64,000 nucleotides of DNA from contig JAFZPV010000059.1 of the NCBI GenBank assembly GCA_017552535.1, positions 4,629 to 68,628 on the forward strand, given 5' to 3'. Shown here piece after piece: positions 18,286 through 27,345 of the stretch (its first letter is position 1; each line of letters begins with the position of its first letter). The notes beneath the pieces are model-generated. The model saw only the letters and a program-made list of their open reading frames with translations, was not told where the DNA came from and searched no databases. This DNA comes from Clostridia bacterium. GTDB taxonomy: Bacteria > Bacillota > Clostridia > Christensenellales > Aristaeellaceae. The position numbers were made by a program, and so were the translations under genes.

Positions 18286-19169
18286 GTATTTTCATCCCCC
18301 GCCAGTGCAAAGGTCATGCCTTCGAAAACAGTTTTCCCGGCCAGCAGTCTGCCGCCCGAGGCTTTTACCGCCGCCCGCTCGCACACGTTGCCCACGCCTA
18401 CGGTCTTTTCCACATAGTCCGAATGGGCGAAGACGCCGGGTACGTCCCTGAGCGTCTGAGCGTCGTAGGTCATAAACGGCAAATGATATTTCTCACCAAA
18501 ACGCGTAAGCGCCGGCTCTTCTTTTTTGATGTCTATGCTCGCCAGCGCCTTCAGCGACAACAGCGACACACCGTTTGAGCGCAGGAATTCCAAAGCGTTT
18601 TTTTCGAACGTATCGGCATCCACGCCTTTTTTGCATCCCGCTCCCAACGCCAGGGTGCGGGGGCGCAGAAACAGCGTCACGTCAAAAGGCGGTCTGATCT
18701 CCCTTTCGGTTATGGCGACGCCCACGCTTTTGCCCGCCAGCGCCCGGGATGACACCGCTTTTATGGCACCCGGGTTCTCTATGGACATGTCCTGGCTGAC
18801 CGCCCAGCTGTCTATCGCGGGTATGCCCCTGACGTCTGTTGCCGTGGTGATCACTGGCTGCGCGCCTGTAAGCGCGGCGATCTGCCTGGCCAGTTCGTTG
18901 GCCCCGCCTATGTGGCCCGACAAAAGAGGAATCACATGCTGCCCCATTTCATCCATCACCACCACGGCGGGGTCAGTGGTCTTGCTTTTCACCAGCGGTG
19001 CGATCGCCCGTACGGCGATGCCTGCCGCGCCTATGAACAAAAGCGCGTCCGCCTGGTCGAAATTCGCTTTCGCCCACTCTGTCACAGGCACGCCGCGATC
19101 CACGGGTATGCCAAGCGTTTCTGACCAGCTTTGGCCCTTGTCGGTGAAGGCTATCGCGCGCAGTATCAT
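18282..19169 (-). CDS. cbiG: cobalt-precorrin-5A hydrolase
   Basis: CbiG layout (FIGAAGIAVRAIAP...GVGCKKG-like GAGCKKG) and operon position between cbiF and cbiD. Confidence 0.85.
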   Translation of the reverse strand: MILRAIAFTDKGQSWSETLGIPVDRGVPVTEWAKANFDQADALLFIGAAGIAVRAIAPLVKSKTTDPAVVVMDEMGQHVIPLLSGHIGGANELARQIAALTGAQPVITTATDVRGIPAIDSWAVSQDMSIENPGAIKAVSSRALAGKSVGVAITEREIRPPFDVTLFLRPRTLALGAGCKKGVDADTFEKNALEFLRSNGVSLLSLKALASIDIKKEEPALTRFGEKYHLPFMTYDAQTLRDVPGVFAHSDYVEKTVGVGNVCERAAVKASGGRLLAGKTVFEGMTFALAGDENT

Positions 19170-19912
19170 TTTTTCGCCTCCCGGAACATGTGGGAGAACG
19201 CGGGATCGTAAAGCTTTGAGCGTTCGTATTCGCTGCCCATAAAGCCGCCCACCAGCACCAGAGCGGTGCGTCCGAGATGCGCAGCCTTCTGCGGCAGCGT
19301 TTCCAGCGTGCCTTTTACGACCTCTTCATCCGGCCATGTGGCCTTATACACCACCGCCGCGGGCGTATCAGGCGCGTAGCCGCCCTCGATCAGTTCCCCG
19401 CAAAGCTTCTCCAGCATCCCTGCGCTCAAAAACAGCGCCATGCTTGCCCCGTGGGCCGCCAAGGAACGGATATCCTCTTTCTCCGGCACGGGCGTCCTGC
19501 CCGCCATGCGGCTCACGATCAGCGTCTGGCTGACCCCCGGCAGGGTGTACTCGGCTTTCAGCACCGCCGCCGCCGCGTTCATGGAGCTTACACCGGGCAC
19601 TACCTCATAATTATACCCCAATCTGTCCAGTTCGTCCATCTGTTCGCGTATGGCTCCGTAGATCGACGGATCTCCCGTGTGCAGGCGCACGACGGTCTGG
19701 GTCCTGGGACGCGCCGCCATGGCTGCGATCACTTCTTCCAGCGTCATGGACGCGCTGTTCATCTTCTCGCAGCCTTCCCCGCAGTAAGTAAGCAGTTCCG
19801 GGTTGACCAACGAACCCGCGTAGATCACCAGATCCGCGCGCTTGAGCAGTTCCATGCCCCTTACGGTGATCAGGTCGACTGCGCCCGGACCCGCGCCTAT
19901 AAAGTATATCAT
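19166..19912 (-). CDS. cbiF: cobalt-precorrin-4 C11-methyltransferase
   Basis: The start was moved to MIYFIGAGPGAVDLITVRG. LHTGDPSIYGA and VPGVSS motifs are present. Confidence 0.9.
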   Translation of the reverse strand: MIYFIGAGPGAVDLITVRGMELLKRADLVIYAGSLVNPELLTYCGEGCEKMNSASMTLEEVIAAMAARPRTQTVVRLHTGDPSIYGAIREQMDELDRLGYNYEVVPGVSSMNAAAAVLKAEYTLPGVSQTLIVSRMAGRTPVPEKEDIRSLAAHGASMALFLSAGMLEKLCGELIEGGYAPDTPAAVVYKATWPDEEVVKGTLETLPQKAAHLGRTALVLVGGFMGSEYERSKLYDPAFSHMFREAKK

Positions 19913-21105
19913 ATTTCGCCCTCCATCGTCGCCGCGAACACGAATACGGGATTCTGCGCCCTGAACATATTGTAACGCCCGACCTTCTCCAGACGCGATA
20001 CGGCCACCTGCGCAGCCGAGAAATCCGCGTATCCGGACAGCAGCTTCATGTACAGCTCCGCGCTCTCCATCGTGACCGCCGTGGCGCACACACGGATACG
20101 CCTGCCAAAGCTCTCCAGTTTTTTCAGTATCTCTTCGGTCTCTCCGCCCGTGCCGCCCAGGAAAACGTGCGTGGGCGCGGGAAGGCCTTCCAGCGCCCCG
20201 GGTGCGCTGCCCGCAGTGATGCGGATATTCAGCGCGCGAAAATTCGCCTTGTTTTGCCTGATCAGTTCCAGCGCTTCCTCATCCCGCTCCACGGCGTACA
20301 CTTCGCCCAGCGGGCAATTCAAAGCGCACTCCACCGACACGCTGCCCGTGCCGGCGCCTATATCCCACACCAAGCTGTCCGGCGCGAGCCTGAGTTTTGA
20401 TATCACCTGCGCGCGTATCTCGCTTTTGGTCATGGGCGTCTTGCCGCGTATGAACTCCGCGTCGTCCAGGCCCGATGGCCTGATATCGTCATGCGGTGCG
20501 TCGTTCAGTATGAGCGCCGCCGAAAGGGGATCGTATTCCCTGTCTTCGTATAATCCAACGGATTCGTCCGGATAACTCAGTTTTTCGCCTATAAACAGCC
20601 TGGCCCCGGCCAGTCCTCCTTCTGACAGCGCAGCGTGCACCCATTTAGGGTTGTTTTCCCCGTCCAGCAGCACGATCGTTTTGGGATTCGTGCGGCAGAA
20701 ATGGCAAAGCGCGTTTAAAGAAAGCGCCCGGCCGTGGGCGGACACGATCTTCGCGTCCTGCCAGCTCACCCCCAGCCTGGCGCACAGCGCCTGCACGCTG
20801 CTGACGCCGCAGATCACGTGTATACCTTCTTTTCCGAAGCGCTTTTCAAGCAAAAGCAGCAGGCTGTAAAGCCCTGTGTCTCCCGAAAGCAGCACGGCTG
20901 GCTGGCTGCCCAGTTTCAGCGCCTGTTCCATTTCGTCCATGGCGGCGGCAAAGGGCGTAAGGGATCGCCGTTTGATTTGGGGCACAAGAGCATCGTTCCT
21001 TTCCGCGCACCAGACCAGGTCGGCTTTGTTTACCGCGTTTTGGGCTTCCGGCGTCATCATATCCCCGCTGCCCGGGCCTGCGCCGATCACATACAGCTTG
21101 TTCAT
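19909..21105 (-). CDS. cbiET: fused cobalt-precorrin-7 C5-methyltransferase / cobalt-precorrin-6B C15-methyltransferase (decarboxylating)
   Basis: The N-terminal tetrapyrrole methylase motif is IGAGPGSGDMMT. The C-terminal SAM motif is VWDIGAGTGSVSVE. Confidence 0.85.
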   Translation of the reverse strand: MNKLYVIGAGPGSGDMMTPEAQNAVNKADLVWCAERNDALVPQIKRRSLTPFAAAMDEMEQALKLGSQPAVLLSGDTGLYSLLLLLEKRFGKEGIHVICGVSSVQALCARLGVSWQDAKIVSAHGRALSLNALCHFCRTNPKTIVLLDGENNPKWVHAALSEGGLAGARLFIGEKLSYPDESVGLYEDREYDPLSAALILNDAPHDDIRPSGLDDAEFIRGKTPMTKSEIRAQVISKLRLAPDSLVWDIGAGTGSVSVECALNCPLGEVYAVERDEEALELIRQNKANFRALNIRITAGSAPGALEGLPAPTHVFLGGTGGETEEILKKLESFGRRIRVCATAVTMESAELYMKLLSGYADFSAAQVAVSRLEKVGRYNMFRAQNPVFVFAATMEGEI

Positions 21106-21848
21106 GCGTCCTTATCCTCTTTTGACCGGTAGCCACGGGGCGTGATCAGCCTTCCGCCGCTTATACGCGTGGATGCGGAACCCACAAACACGGTGGTGAA
21201 CATATCCGCGGGATAATCCTTCAGTTCCTTAAGCGTCATTGTCCTGGAAAACTCGTTTTCCCGGCCTATGTTCGCCGCCGCGCCGCAGGCAGTCTCGGGC
21301 GGCAGGTATTCCAGCAGTATCTCACAGGCGCGTTTCAGGTAATCCGGGCGCTTGTGGCTGGCGGGATTGTATATGGCCAGGCAAAGATCCGCCTGGGCGG
21401 AAAGGCGCAGCCGCTTTTCTATCGTTTCCCAGGGCGTCAGGGCGTCAGAAAGCGAGATGACCGCGAAATCGTGGCCCAGCGGCGCCCCCAGGAGCGCCCC
21501 GCCGCTCAGCGCTGCGGTAACACCCGGCACGATCTCCACGTCGATCTCTTTTATTCCCTCGCTGAGCTCCAGCACCAGCGACGCCATGCCGTACACTCCC
21601 GCGTCGCCGGAGCAGATCACCGCCGTCGTCTTTCCCGACATCGCAGCGTCTATGGCCATCTGGCAGCGCTGCGTCTCCTGGCGCATGGGCGTTTGCAGGT
21701 ATACCTTGTCCGGAAACATGGGCCTGACCAGCTCGTTGTACACCTGGTAGCCCACGATAACGTCCGCGTTTTTCAGCGCCTTTGCCGCCCGAAAGGTCAT
21801 ATCCTCCGCGCTGCCCGGACCGATGCCCACTACGTAAAGCTTATTCAT
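21102..21848 (-). CDS. cbiH: cobalt-factor III / precorrin-3B C17-methyltransferase
   Basis: VGIGPGSAEDMT, SGDAGVYGMAS and LSDALTPWETIEKRL...AIYNPAS match the CbiH/CobJ signature. Confidence 0.85.
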   Translation of the reverse strand: MNKLYVVGIGPGSAEDMTFRAAKALKNADVIVGYQVYNELVRPMFPDKVYLQTPMRQETQRCQMAIDAAMSGKTTAVICSGDAGVYGMASLVLELSEGIKEIDVEIVPGVTAALSGGALLGAPLGHDFAVISLSDALTPWETIEKRLRLSAQADLCLAIYNPASHKRPDYLKRACEILLEYLPPETACGAAANIGRENEFSRTMTLKELKDYPADMFTTVFVGSASTRISGGRLITPRGYRSKEDKDA

Positions 21849-21861
21849 ACAGTGCAGTCCT

Positions 21862-23280
21862 TCAGTTCAGTTTATTCAGGAACATCATGCCTTCCGTCTC
21901 CCCGGAAAGCATTTTACCCAGATCGTCTATAAATGTACCTATTTTGTCTGTAGACTGGTACAGAGACGGATGCGTGCAGAACACGTTGCCTGTGCTGACA
22001 GCCCGGAAATCCGAAAGCAGCGGCTGCACGGAGATGAGCTCGGCAACGTTTGACACCGGCGCCTCTATGGCGGAGTTATATATGATGTAATCCGCGTCCT
22101 TCGCAGTCATGTAGAACGTTTCCATGGTTACACTCACCGAAGCGTTGGTCTCCTGTCCTTCAATGGACGTAAACACATAGCTGCCTCCAGCCAGCTCTAT
22201 GGAGCGCGCTATGTAGTCCTCCGAGCCGCGCACCGTGACCGTACCGTCGGGTTTTACCGAGAAAAACGCAACCGTCTTGCCGCTGCCGCCCTTTGAGTCT
22301 ATCGCCTCTACCTGAGCGGCCTGCGCTTCAAATACGTTTTCCGCTTCGGCTTCGCGGCCCGTGAGCAGGCCGTACAGTTTGATCCACTCCAGCCGCCCCA
22401 GGGGATGAGCCTCGCTGCTGGAACGGTCTATGAACACCGGAATCCCGAGCAGCCTGATCAGTTCCATCACCTGCGGTGTGTGGAGTATCATCATGGATTC
22501 CACCGCCAGGCGGCAGTGTTCCCTGATCAGCAGCTCAAAATCCGGAGTGGAGTACTTACCGGCGAATATGATGTCGCCGTTTTCCATGGCTTTTACCGCG
22601 TTTTCCACATACCAGCCGTCCTGCTGCGTGCCGGAGAGCCGTATGGTATCCAGCGCGCCGACAGCGTCAAACAGCGACATGGCCGACGTGGCAGCCAGAT
22701 AGATGTTGTCAAGCGGCTGTTTCAGCACGGTAACGGACGGATGCAGGCCTTCGGGAGTTTCTTTGCCTTCCGGCACGACGAGATAGGTTTCGCCGTCCTC
22801 CACGCTTATCATCGCATAGCCGCCCTCGTAATAATCCACGCTGAAGCCCCGGGCGTACCTGAGAAACATGCTGCCTGTCCGCCTGAGCCCCGCAGGAGCA
22901 ACATCGCCCAGAGCGATATACATCTGATACTCTATCTCGTGGGGCACGCTCATGGCCACGGTAGTGGCGTAAACCGTAAACGCGCGGTTGAGGCCTACAG
23001 ATACGAAAAAAACTGCGCCTTCGTCGCTCACTTCGGCTTCATAGCTGTCTGCGTCTATTCGTACACTTGTATAATTCCTGCTGGAAAACACGAGCTTTGC
23101 CGTGGCAGCGCCGTTCTCAACGCTTACTTCGGGGCAGGTGATCGTCACGCGCCCCGTGCCGCCGGAAAACACAAATTCCTCAGGCACGTATGTGCCGTCA
23201 GCGATCCCGCTTCCGGCTTCGCACATGCATGCCGGCATGAGCAAAGCGAGTAATAAAACGAATGCCAGTACTTTTTTCAC
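21862..23280 (-). CDS. class III (BtuF/FecB/IsdE-type) substrate-binding lipoprotein with an extra N-terminal beta-domain of about 95 aa
   Basis: GTG start 7 nt after AAGGAGG and a signal peptide ending LLMPAC. The body is paralogous to the SBP at 27342-28451 (RYARGFSVDYYEGGYAMISV versus LEYADQFSVDFCEGGYSLITI). Confidence 0.85.
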   Translation of the reverse strand: MKKVLAFVLLLALLMPACMCEAGSGIADGTYVPEEFVFSGGTGRVTITCPEVSVENGAATAKLVFSSRNYTSVRIDADSYEAEVSDEGAVFFVSVGLNRAFTVYATTVAMSVPHEIEYQMYIALGDVAPAGLRRTGSMFLRYARGFSVDYYEGGYAMISVEDGETYLVVPEGKETPEGLHPSVTVLKQPLDNIYLAATSAMSLFDAVGALDTIRLSGTQQDGWYVENAVKAMENGDIIFAGKYSTPDFELLIREHCRLAVESMMILHTPQVMELIRLLGIPVFIDRSSSEAHPLGRLEWIKLYGLLTGREAEAENVFEAQAAQVEAIDSKGGSGKTVAFFSVKPDGTVTVRGSEDYIARSIELAGGSYVFTSIEGQETNASVSVTMETFYMTAKDADYIIYNSAIEAPVSNVAELISVQPLLSDFRAVSTGNVFCTHPSLYQSTDKIGTFIDDLGKMLSGETEGMMFLNKLN

Positions 23281-23303
23281 CGGGCAGCCTCCTTTTCTCG
23301 CTC

Positions 23304-24170
23304 TCACTCCCCGGACGGGCTGCCGTCCAGGGCAGTGAGAGTTTCAGAAAAGAACGTAACACTGTATGCCACCTCCGTGGCGGGCTTGATGGCCGTTGAG
23401 TCTACCGTAACAGCGATCTTCTGATCGAATACGGCCACCGGTATTACAAACGCCGCTCCGTCTTCCGCGGAGACAGGCGTGTATTTTTCGCCGTCCACTA
23501 TGATATAATCGATCTTTGCTGTAGAAAATACGATGCGCGCGGTGCACTCGCCGCTTTCAACCGTGATAACGGCGGGCGACTGCACTGTGGTCCTGCCTTT
23601 GCCCTCCAGCACTGCTTCGCATTCATATTCGCCGTCTTCCAGTCCCAGCGTCTCCGCCGTTACCAGATTTTCTGCTTTAAAAGCTTCCAGCGGCAGCGAG
23701 TCGGACCTGAAAGCCAGCGTTCTGGGGTACCAGGCCTGCTTCCTGTCACTCAGCGCCGCGCAGACGTAAGGGCTGTCCAGTGCGTCCACAGGCAACTCAA
23801 AATACAGACCTGTCTCGTCTTCTTTCAATGGGATAAGGGAATCGCGGGGCGTTTCGGCTGCCTCGCCGGCTTTTCCCGGGAACATGTAGCTGTACGCGGT
23901 GCTTTTCATGTAGAGACGAGCGGTCATGCCGGTCTCAGATACGGTAAGCGTGCATCCCACCACCTTGAACATGGCCGAGGACGAATCCACCTTGACTTCG
24001 TATTCGCCTTCGTTCAGCATTTCGGGCGTTATCGGGTTTAACCCTTCCATGTCCAGCAGCGCCACATCCGTCATTTCCTCTTCTGTGGCCACATGGCCGA
24101 TCGGCCCATTTTCGGCGCACGCGCCCAGCAGCATCGCCGCCAGCATCATCACGCAGATCATCCGTTTCAT
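23304..24170 (-). CDS. lipoprotein with two copies of the same beta-domain of about 100 aa; function unknown
   Basis: The lipobox is LLGAC. The repeats begin EGEYEVKV (aa 54) and DGEYECEA (aa 179). The second aligns closely with the N-domain of the SBP at 21862-23280. Confidence 0.8.
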   Translation of the reverse strand: MKRMICVMMLAAMLLGACAENGPIGHVATEEEMTDVALLDMEGLNPITPEMLNEGEYEVKVDSSSAMFKVVGCTLTVSETGMTARLYMKSTAYSYMFPGKAGEAAETPRDSLIPLKEDETGLYFELPVDALDSPYVCAALSDRKQAWYPRTLAFRSDSLPLEAFKAENLVTAETLGLEDGEYECEAVLEGKGRTTVQSPAVITVESGECTARIVFSTAKIDYIIVDGEKYTPVSAEDGAAFVIPVAVFDQKIAVTVDSTAIKPATEVAYSVTFFSETLTALDGSPSGE

Positions 24171-24244
24171 ACAGATACCTTTCCCTTCTGTTCCGGCGCG
24201 TTTTATACAAGGGCAACCGAATGGCTGCCCCCTCTTTTACCTGT

Positions 24245-25177
24245 TTATTCTTCCACCTGCGCGATGGCCGCGAGCGCATGCTCCACGTAGATCTGCTGGA
24301 TTTCGGGCACCTGTCCCAGGCCTTCCAGCACGCACTCCACTTCATAGCCAGCGGCAGCAAAGATGGACTTCCAGGAGTCTTCCTCGTCACCTGCCATGTC
24401 GTTGTTGGCGTGATCGCCGCACACCACCATCATGTCCCTGAGCACTACACGGGTGTAGCCCTTGTCCGCGATAGCCTCAAGCACGGTATCGATGGAAGGC
24501 TCGGCTTCCACGGTGCCGATGTAGTAGTTCGCGGCGCCCTTCGCCTTAAGCACATCCTGCATCTGAGCATAGATCTTGTTGTACTCGTGCTCGGTGCCGT
24601 GGCCCATGTACACGATGGCGGTCTTGCCGTCGTCATAATCCTTCAGCAGGCTGATCATGATATCCGAAACGCGGTCGAAATCCTCGTCGGTGGTCAGCAG
24701 GGGCTCGGAAACCACGATCTGCTCGAAAGCGTCTGCGTAGCCCGCCAGACCTTCCACCAGCTCGTCGTACTCAAAGCCGTGCATAAGGTGGGTGGGCTGC
24801 ACGACCAGGATCTTCACGCCGTTTTTGACAGCGCGGTCAAGCGCCTCTTCCACGTTGTCGATGTGGATGCCGTCGCGCCTTTCCACGTGGTCGATGATGA
24901 TCTGCGCGGTGAACGCGCGGCGCACGGCGAAATCTTCGACCGCTTCGTCGATAGCTGCCTCGATGCCGCCGATAGTCAGGCGCCGGCTGTCGTTAAAGCT
25001 GGTGCCGAAGGATACGACCAGCAGTTCTTTGTCACCGATCCCGTCTTCGTTGCGCACCAGGTCCAGAGCAGCGTCGCCGGTCTCGTAGTTCTCTTCGTCT
25101 TCTTCTTCCGCCATCGCGCCGAACGCGCAGATAAGCAGAAGTACCAGCGCCAGCAGAAGTGAAATCAGTTTTTTCAT
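24245..25177 (-). CDS. CbiK-type (class II) chelatase homologue with an N-terminal signal peptide, predicted to be extracytoplasmic
   Basis: The start was moved to MKKLISLLLALVLLLICAFGAMA, followed by the acidic linker EEEDEENYE. The CbiK-like core includes LVVSFGTSF, VVQPTHLMHGFEYD and IVYMGHGTEHE. GGAGGGA RBS. Confidence 0.8.
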   Translation of the reverse strand: MKKLISLLLALVLLLICAFGAMAEEEDEENYETGDAALDLVRNEDGIGDKELLVVSFGTSFNDSRRLTIGGIEAAIDEAVEDFAVRRAFTAQIIIDHVERRDGIHIDNVEEALDRAVKNGVKILVVQPTHLMHGFEYDELVEGLAGYADAFEQIVVSEPLLTTDEDFDRVSDIMISLLKDYDDGKTAIVYMGHGTEHEYNKIYAQMQDVLKAKGAANYYIGTVEAEPSIDTVLEAIADKGYTRVVLRDMMVVCGDHANNDMAGDEEDSWKSIFAAAGYEVECVLEGLGQVPEIQQIYVEHALAAIAQVEE

Positions 25178-25199
25178 GGGACTCCCTCCGTTCATTATT

Positions 25200-26321
25200 C
25201 TATTGCAGTTCTCCCGCGGAGAACACAATATTCAATTTGTGCCGCCGGGCTGTTTCCAGCAGCCCGGTATTGGGGTTGGCTGTCTGTGCAGCAGGATCGA
25301 AGGCGGCCAGCACCGTCCCGCAGGAGAGCATCTTCTCCTCCGCCCGCGCTTTTGTCTCTTCGGACGCGGTCTCAAACGCCGGACTGCTCACCACCGTTTG
25401 GGCAAGGGCCCTGGCTACCTCGAACTCCATATCGTTCTCGGCCAGTATGCCCGCAGCGAACGGTATACGCCTTTTCTGCAGTTCGCGGTAATGGTTAAGC
25501 CCGCTTCCGGCGCCGCCCAGCACGAACACCCGCGGTTCTCCCTGCGTCTTCACCAGTTCCACGCTGCCCCTGTTCACCAGATAGCTGCCCTGCGTGATGC
25601 CGTACAGTTCTTTTATGTGGGCGTCCGTGAAGACCCTGTCGGGCGTATCCGGCGCTTCGGCGTGATCGCCCCTGACGCACATGATCAGGTCGGAAACCTT
25701 TTCTGCCAGGTCGATCTCATGCAGTGAAAGTATCACTGTCGTCTGCTTTTCCCTCGCCGTTTCCAGCAGTATGTCCAATAGCTCGATCTTGTTGCGTATG
25801 TCCAGGAAGGAAGTGGGTTCGTCCAGCACCAGCACTTCCGGCTGCTGGCACAGTGCGCACGCCAAAAGTACGCGCTGCCTCTGCCCGTCGCTGATCTGTG
25901 AAAAATCCCTATCTGCTATGTCGTCCGCCCTGACGCGCCTGAGCGTGTCCCGCACGGTACGCTTGTCCTCGGCGGTCAAAGCCCCGAAACGCCCGGTGTA
26001 TGGATAGCGTCCCATCGCCGCCACTTCGAAGCAGGTCATCATTTCCGTGCGGACGCGCTCGGTAAGCACCACAGCCAGCTTTTTGGCCAGCTCGCCCCGC
26101 GGCCACCTGCTAAGCTCACGGCCTTCCACGAAGGTCTTCCCCGAAATGGCCGGCAGCTGCCCTGTGACGGTTTTGAGTATCGTGGATTTGCCCGCGCCGT
26201 TGGGCCCGATCAGCGCCAGGATCTTTCCTTTCTCCAGGCGTATGTTGATGTCGTTTATCAGCGCTTTGCCTCTATAACCGACGCACAGTCCCTCGGTAGA
26301 AAACACGTACCCGTCAGTCAT
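25200..26321 (-). CDS. ABC importer ATPase (FepC/BtuD-like) with a C-terminal extension of about 115 aa
   Basis: Walker A GPNGAGKST, signature ISDGQRQR and Walker B VLVLDEPTS. The extra C-terminus begins around PRVFVLGGAGSG. Confidence 0.9.
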   Translation of the reverse strand: MTDGYVFSTEGLCVGYRGKALINDINIRLEKGKILALIGPNGAGKSTILKTVTGQLPAISGKTFVEGRELSRWPRGELAKKLAVVLTERVRTEMMTCFEVAAMGRYPYTGRFGALTAEDKRTVRDTLRRVRADDIADRDFSQISDGQRQRVLLACALCQQPEVLVLDEPTSFLDIRNKIELLDILLETAREKQTTVILSLHEIDLAEKVSDLIMCVRGDHAEAPDTPDRVFTDAHIKELYGITQGSYLVNRGSVELVKTQGEPRVFVLGGAGSGLNHYRELQKRRIPFAAGILAENDMEFEVARALAQTVVSSPAFETASEETKARAEEKMLSCGTVLAAFDPAAQTANPNTGLLETARRHKLNIVFSAGELQ

Positions 26322-27345
26322 CGCCGCGCCTCCTCTGCCGGTTTATCATAAGCGTTATGACCACCGGCGCCCCGAACACTGCCGTAACGGTGCTTATGAC
26401 AAGCTCTGAAGGAGCGAAAGCAGTGCGGGCGATCAGGTCACAGCCCATGCAGAACACGCCGCCCAGCAAAAACGAACCAGGTATGATGACAGCCGGTTTT
26501 GACGTGCCGAACAGGAGTTTGGTCATATGCGGTACGGCAACGCCCACGAACGAGATCGGTCCCGAAAGCGCCGTCACGCACGCCGACAGCACGCTGGACA
26601 GGCCGATCAGCGCCACGCGGAACAGTTTCACGTTCACGCCCATGCTGCGGGCGTAGTTCTCCCCGAGCCGGTACGCGGATATGGGTTTGGACAGCATAAA
26701 CGACAGCGCCAGCGCAGTGAAAACGATTGCCGATATCACGTGCAGGTTCGGCCACGATACCGCCGAAAAGCTGCCCATGGACCAGTGATGCAGGTTCGCC
26801 ACGTTGGCTTCGTCCGCAAAGGTGATGAAGAAATCCGTGATCGCCGTGCAGATGCTGCCTATCATGATGCCTATGACCAGCAGCGCCGCCATGCTTCTTA
26901 CGCGCTGCGCGAACATAAGCACGAACAGCATGACCAGCATGGAGCCCGCGAACGCCGCAGCCATGACCGCCCAGAAAGGCACGCCGGACACATACCTGAG
27001 TACATAGACCATCATGATGCCCACAAACAGCTTCGCGCCGGACGAAATGCCCAGCACGTAGGGCCCTGCTATGGGATTGCGGAAAAACGTCTGCAGCAGA
27101 AAACCGGATACGGACAGCGCGCCTCCCAGCACCGCGGCCGCCAAAAGCCGGGGAAGACGGATCTTCCATATGACGTTGCCGATGGAAGACCCGTCCGATT
27201 TGCCCGAAAGCACGATCCGCAGTATTTCCTTTGGCGCTATGGACACACTGCCGGTGTTCACGTTCAGCACAAGTATGGCCAGAAACGCGAAGCCCAGCAG
27301 GGAGAACACCAGCGTGATGCGCAGCGCCGTAATCTTCTTTGTCAT
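26314..27345 (-). CDS. FecCD/BtuC-family ABC permease
   Basis: About 9-10 hydrophobic segments, RLPRLLAAAVLGGALSVSG and the C-terminal VTAVFGAPVVITLM pattern. Confidence 0.9.
   Translation of the reverse strand: MTKKITALRITLVFSLLGFAFLAILVLNVNTGSVSIAPKEILRIVLSGKSDGSSIGNVIWKIRLPRLLAAAVLGGALSVSGFLLQTFFRNPIAGPYVLGISSGAKLFVGIMMVYVLRYVSGVPFWAVMAAAFAGSMLVMLFVLMFAQRVRSMAALLVIGIMIGSICTAITDFFITFADEANVANLHHWSMGSFSAVSWPNLHVISAIVFTALALSFMLSKPISAYRLGENYARSMGVNVKLFRVALIGLSSVLSACVTALSGPISFVGVAVPHMTKLLFGTSKPAVIIPGSFLLGGVFCMGCDLIARTAFAPSELVISTVTAVFGAPVVITLMINRQRRRGDD

Noticed and set aside
21849-21861. A separate promoter or second cobalamin riboswitch in front of cbiH.
   Set aside because: Only 13 bp separate cbiH from the upstream gene. 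No second B12 box (GGCAGGTCTCC or its complement) was noticed elsewhere in the window.
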